A DNA stretch of 64,000 nucleotides from Isoptericola halotolerans (GTDB lineage: Bacteria; Actinomycetota; Actinomycetes; Actinomycetales; Cellulomonadaceae), in assembly GCF_013149785.1 (NCBI RefSeq), contig NZ_JABEZU010000002.1:310001-374000 (forward strand), read 5' to 3'. Below, one piece after another: positions 63,229-64,000 of the stretch; position 1 is the stretch's first letter, and each line of letters starts with the position of its first letter. Below the pieces are notes generated by a model. The model saw only the letters and a program-made list of their open reading frames with translations. It was not told the origin of the DNA and did no database searches. The position numbers and the translations under genes were made by a program.

Positions 63229-64000
63229 CGGGCCACCTCCTCCTCGACGGCAGCGCCGTCGTTCGTCTCGTCCGCGGGCAGCGGCTCGCCGGTCAAGGTC
63301 AGGAACACCTCGTCGAGGCTCGGCTGACCGAGAGAGAACTCGGGCACGGCGATCCCCGCCTCGCCGAGGGCTGGCAGGACCTGCGCCACGAGGTGGGCGC
63401 CGTCGTCGGGCACCCGGGCGTTGAGGGCGTACGGGTCCGTCGGCAGAGTCGGCTCGGTGCCCAGGACCCGATGCACGACGGCGGCGGCCTCGGCGCGCTG
63501 CGTGGCGTCCGCCAGGCGGAGGTCCACCGCACCCTGCCCGACGGACCGCTTGAGCTCGGTCGACGTGCCCTCGGCGATGAGCCTGCCGTGGTCGATCACG
63601 CCGATCCGGTCGGCGAGCTGGTCGGCCTCCTCGAGGTACTGCGTCGTGAGCAGCACGGTCGCCCCGTCCTCGACCAGCACCCGCACGATGTCCCACACCT
63701 GGTTGCGCGAGCGAGGGTCGAGGCCGGTGGTCGGCTCGTCGAGGAACAGCACCCGGGGCGAGAGCACGAGGGACGCGGCGAGGTCGATGCGCCGCCGCAT
63801 GCCGCCGGAGTACGTCTTGACCTGGCGGGAGCCGGCGTCGGTGAGGCTGAACGCCTCGAGCAGGTTCGCCACCCGCTGGGTCGCGGCCCGGCCGCGGAAA
63901 CCGTACAGCCGGGCGAGCATGAGCAGGTTCTCCGTGCCGGTCAGGTCCTCGTCGACCGAGGCGTACTGCCCGGTGAGCCCGACGGCGCCGCGGACGGCGT
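63225..64000 (-). CDS. ABC exporter ATP-binding protein (DrrA-like), 5' end beyond window
   Basis: [54 protein letters not shown]. Confidence 0.92.
   Translation of the reverse strand, partial: AVRGAVGLTGQYASVDEDLTGTENLLMLARLYGFRGRAATQRVANLLEAFSLTDAGSRQVKTYSGGMRRRIDLAASLVLSPRVLFLDEPTTGLDPRSRNQVWDIVRVLVEDGATVLLTTQYLEEADQLADRIGVIDHGRLIAEGTSTELKRSVGQGAVDLRLADATQRAEAAAVVHRVLGTEPTLPTDPYALNARVPDDGAHLVAQVLPALGEAGIAVPEFSLGQPSLDEVFLTLTGEPLPADETNDGAAVEEEVAR

Overview
High-GC actinobacterial chromosome segment, Micrococcales-like by gene content and order. It is mostly core genes: cysS (3' part), rlmB, msiK-like ATPase, otsBA, a Ser/Thr kinase, DsbA, tRNA-Thr(UGU), ung, csp, CIRCE-controlled groEL, WXG100, an OmpR-type two-component pair, pspA, XPB helicase and partner, DUF3027/sacsin-like/DUF2530, NCS2, MarR-MFS, serC, an IdeR/DtxR regulator, usp and a DrrAB-type ABC exporter. 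An accessory surface-glycan block (rmlBCDA, GH27, GT-C, GT2, GT4, flippase-methyltransferase fusion, second methyltransferase) sits at about 41.6-53.2 kb. The most unusual signal is a family of 72-73 bp hairpin repeats (GTTGTGGGCGCGA...TCGCGCCCACAAC) with compensatory changes in the arms. Two copies bracket a DUF559-type nuclease gene (61428-62318), apparently in inverted orientation. Solo copies lie just after the tRNA and, in frame, inside the sacsin-like CDS. This looks like a REP-like element system paired with a PD-(D/E)XK-type nuclease rather than a RAYT/HUH transposase; the mobility role is inference. Also notable are a 584-bp identical duplication of a c-di-AMP riboswitch plus NlpC/P60 N-terminus with diverged catalytic domains, and a palindromic tandem repeat that supplies the XPB stop codon. 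All product calls come from motif recognition by eye; no database searches were run.
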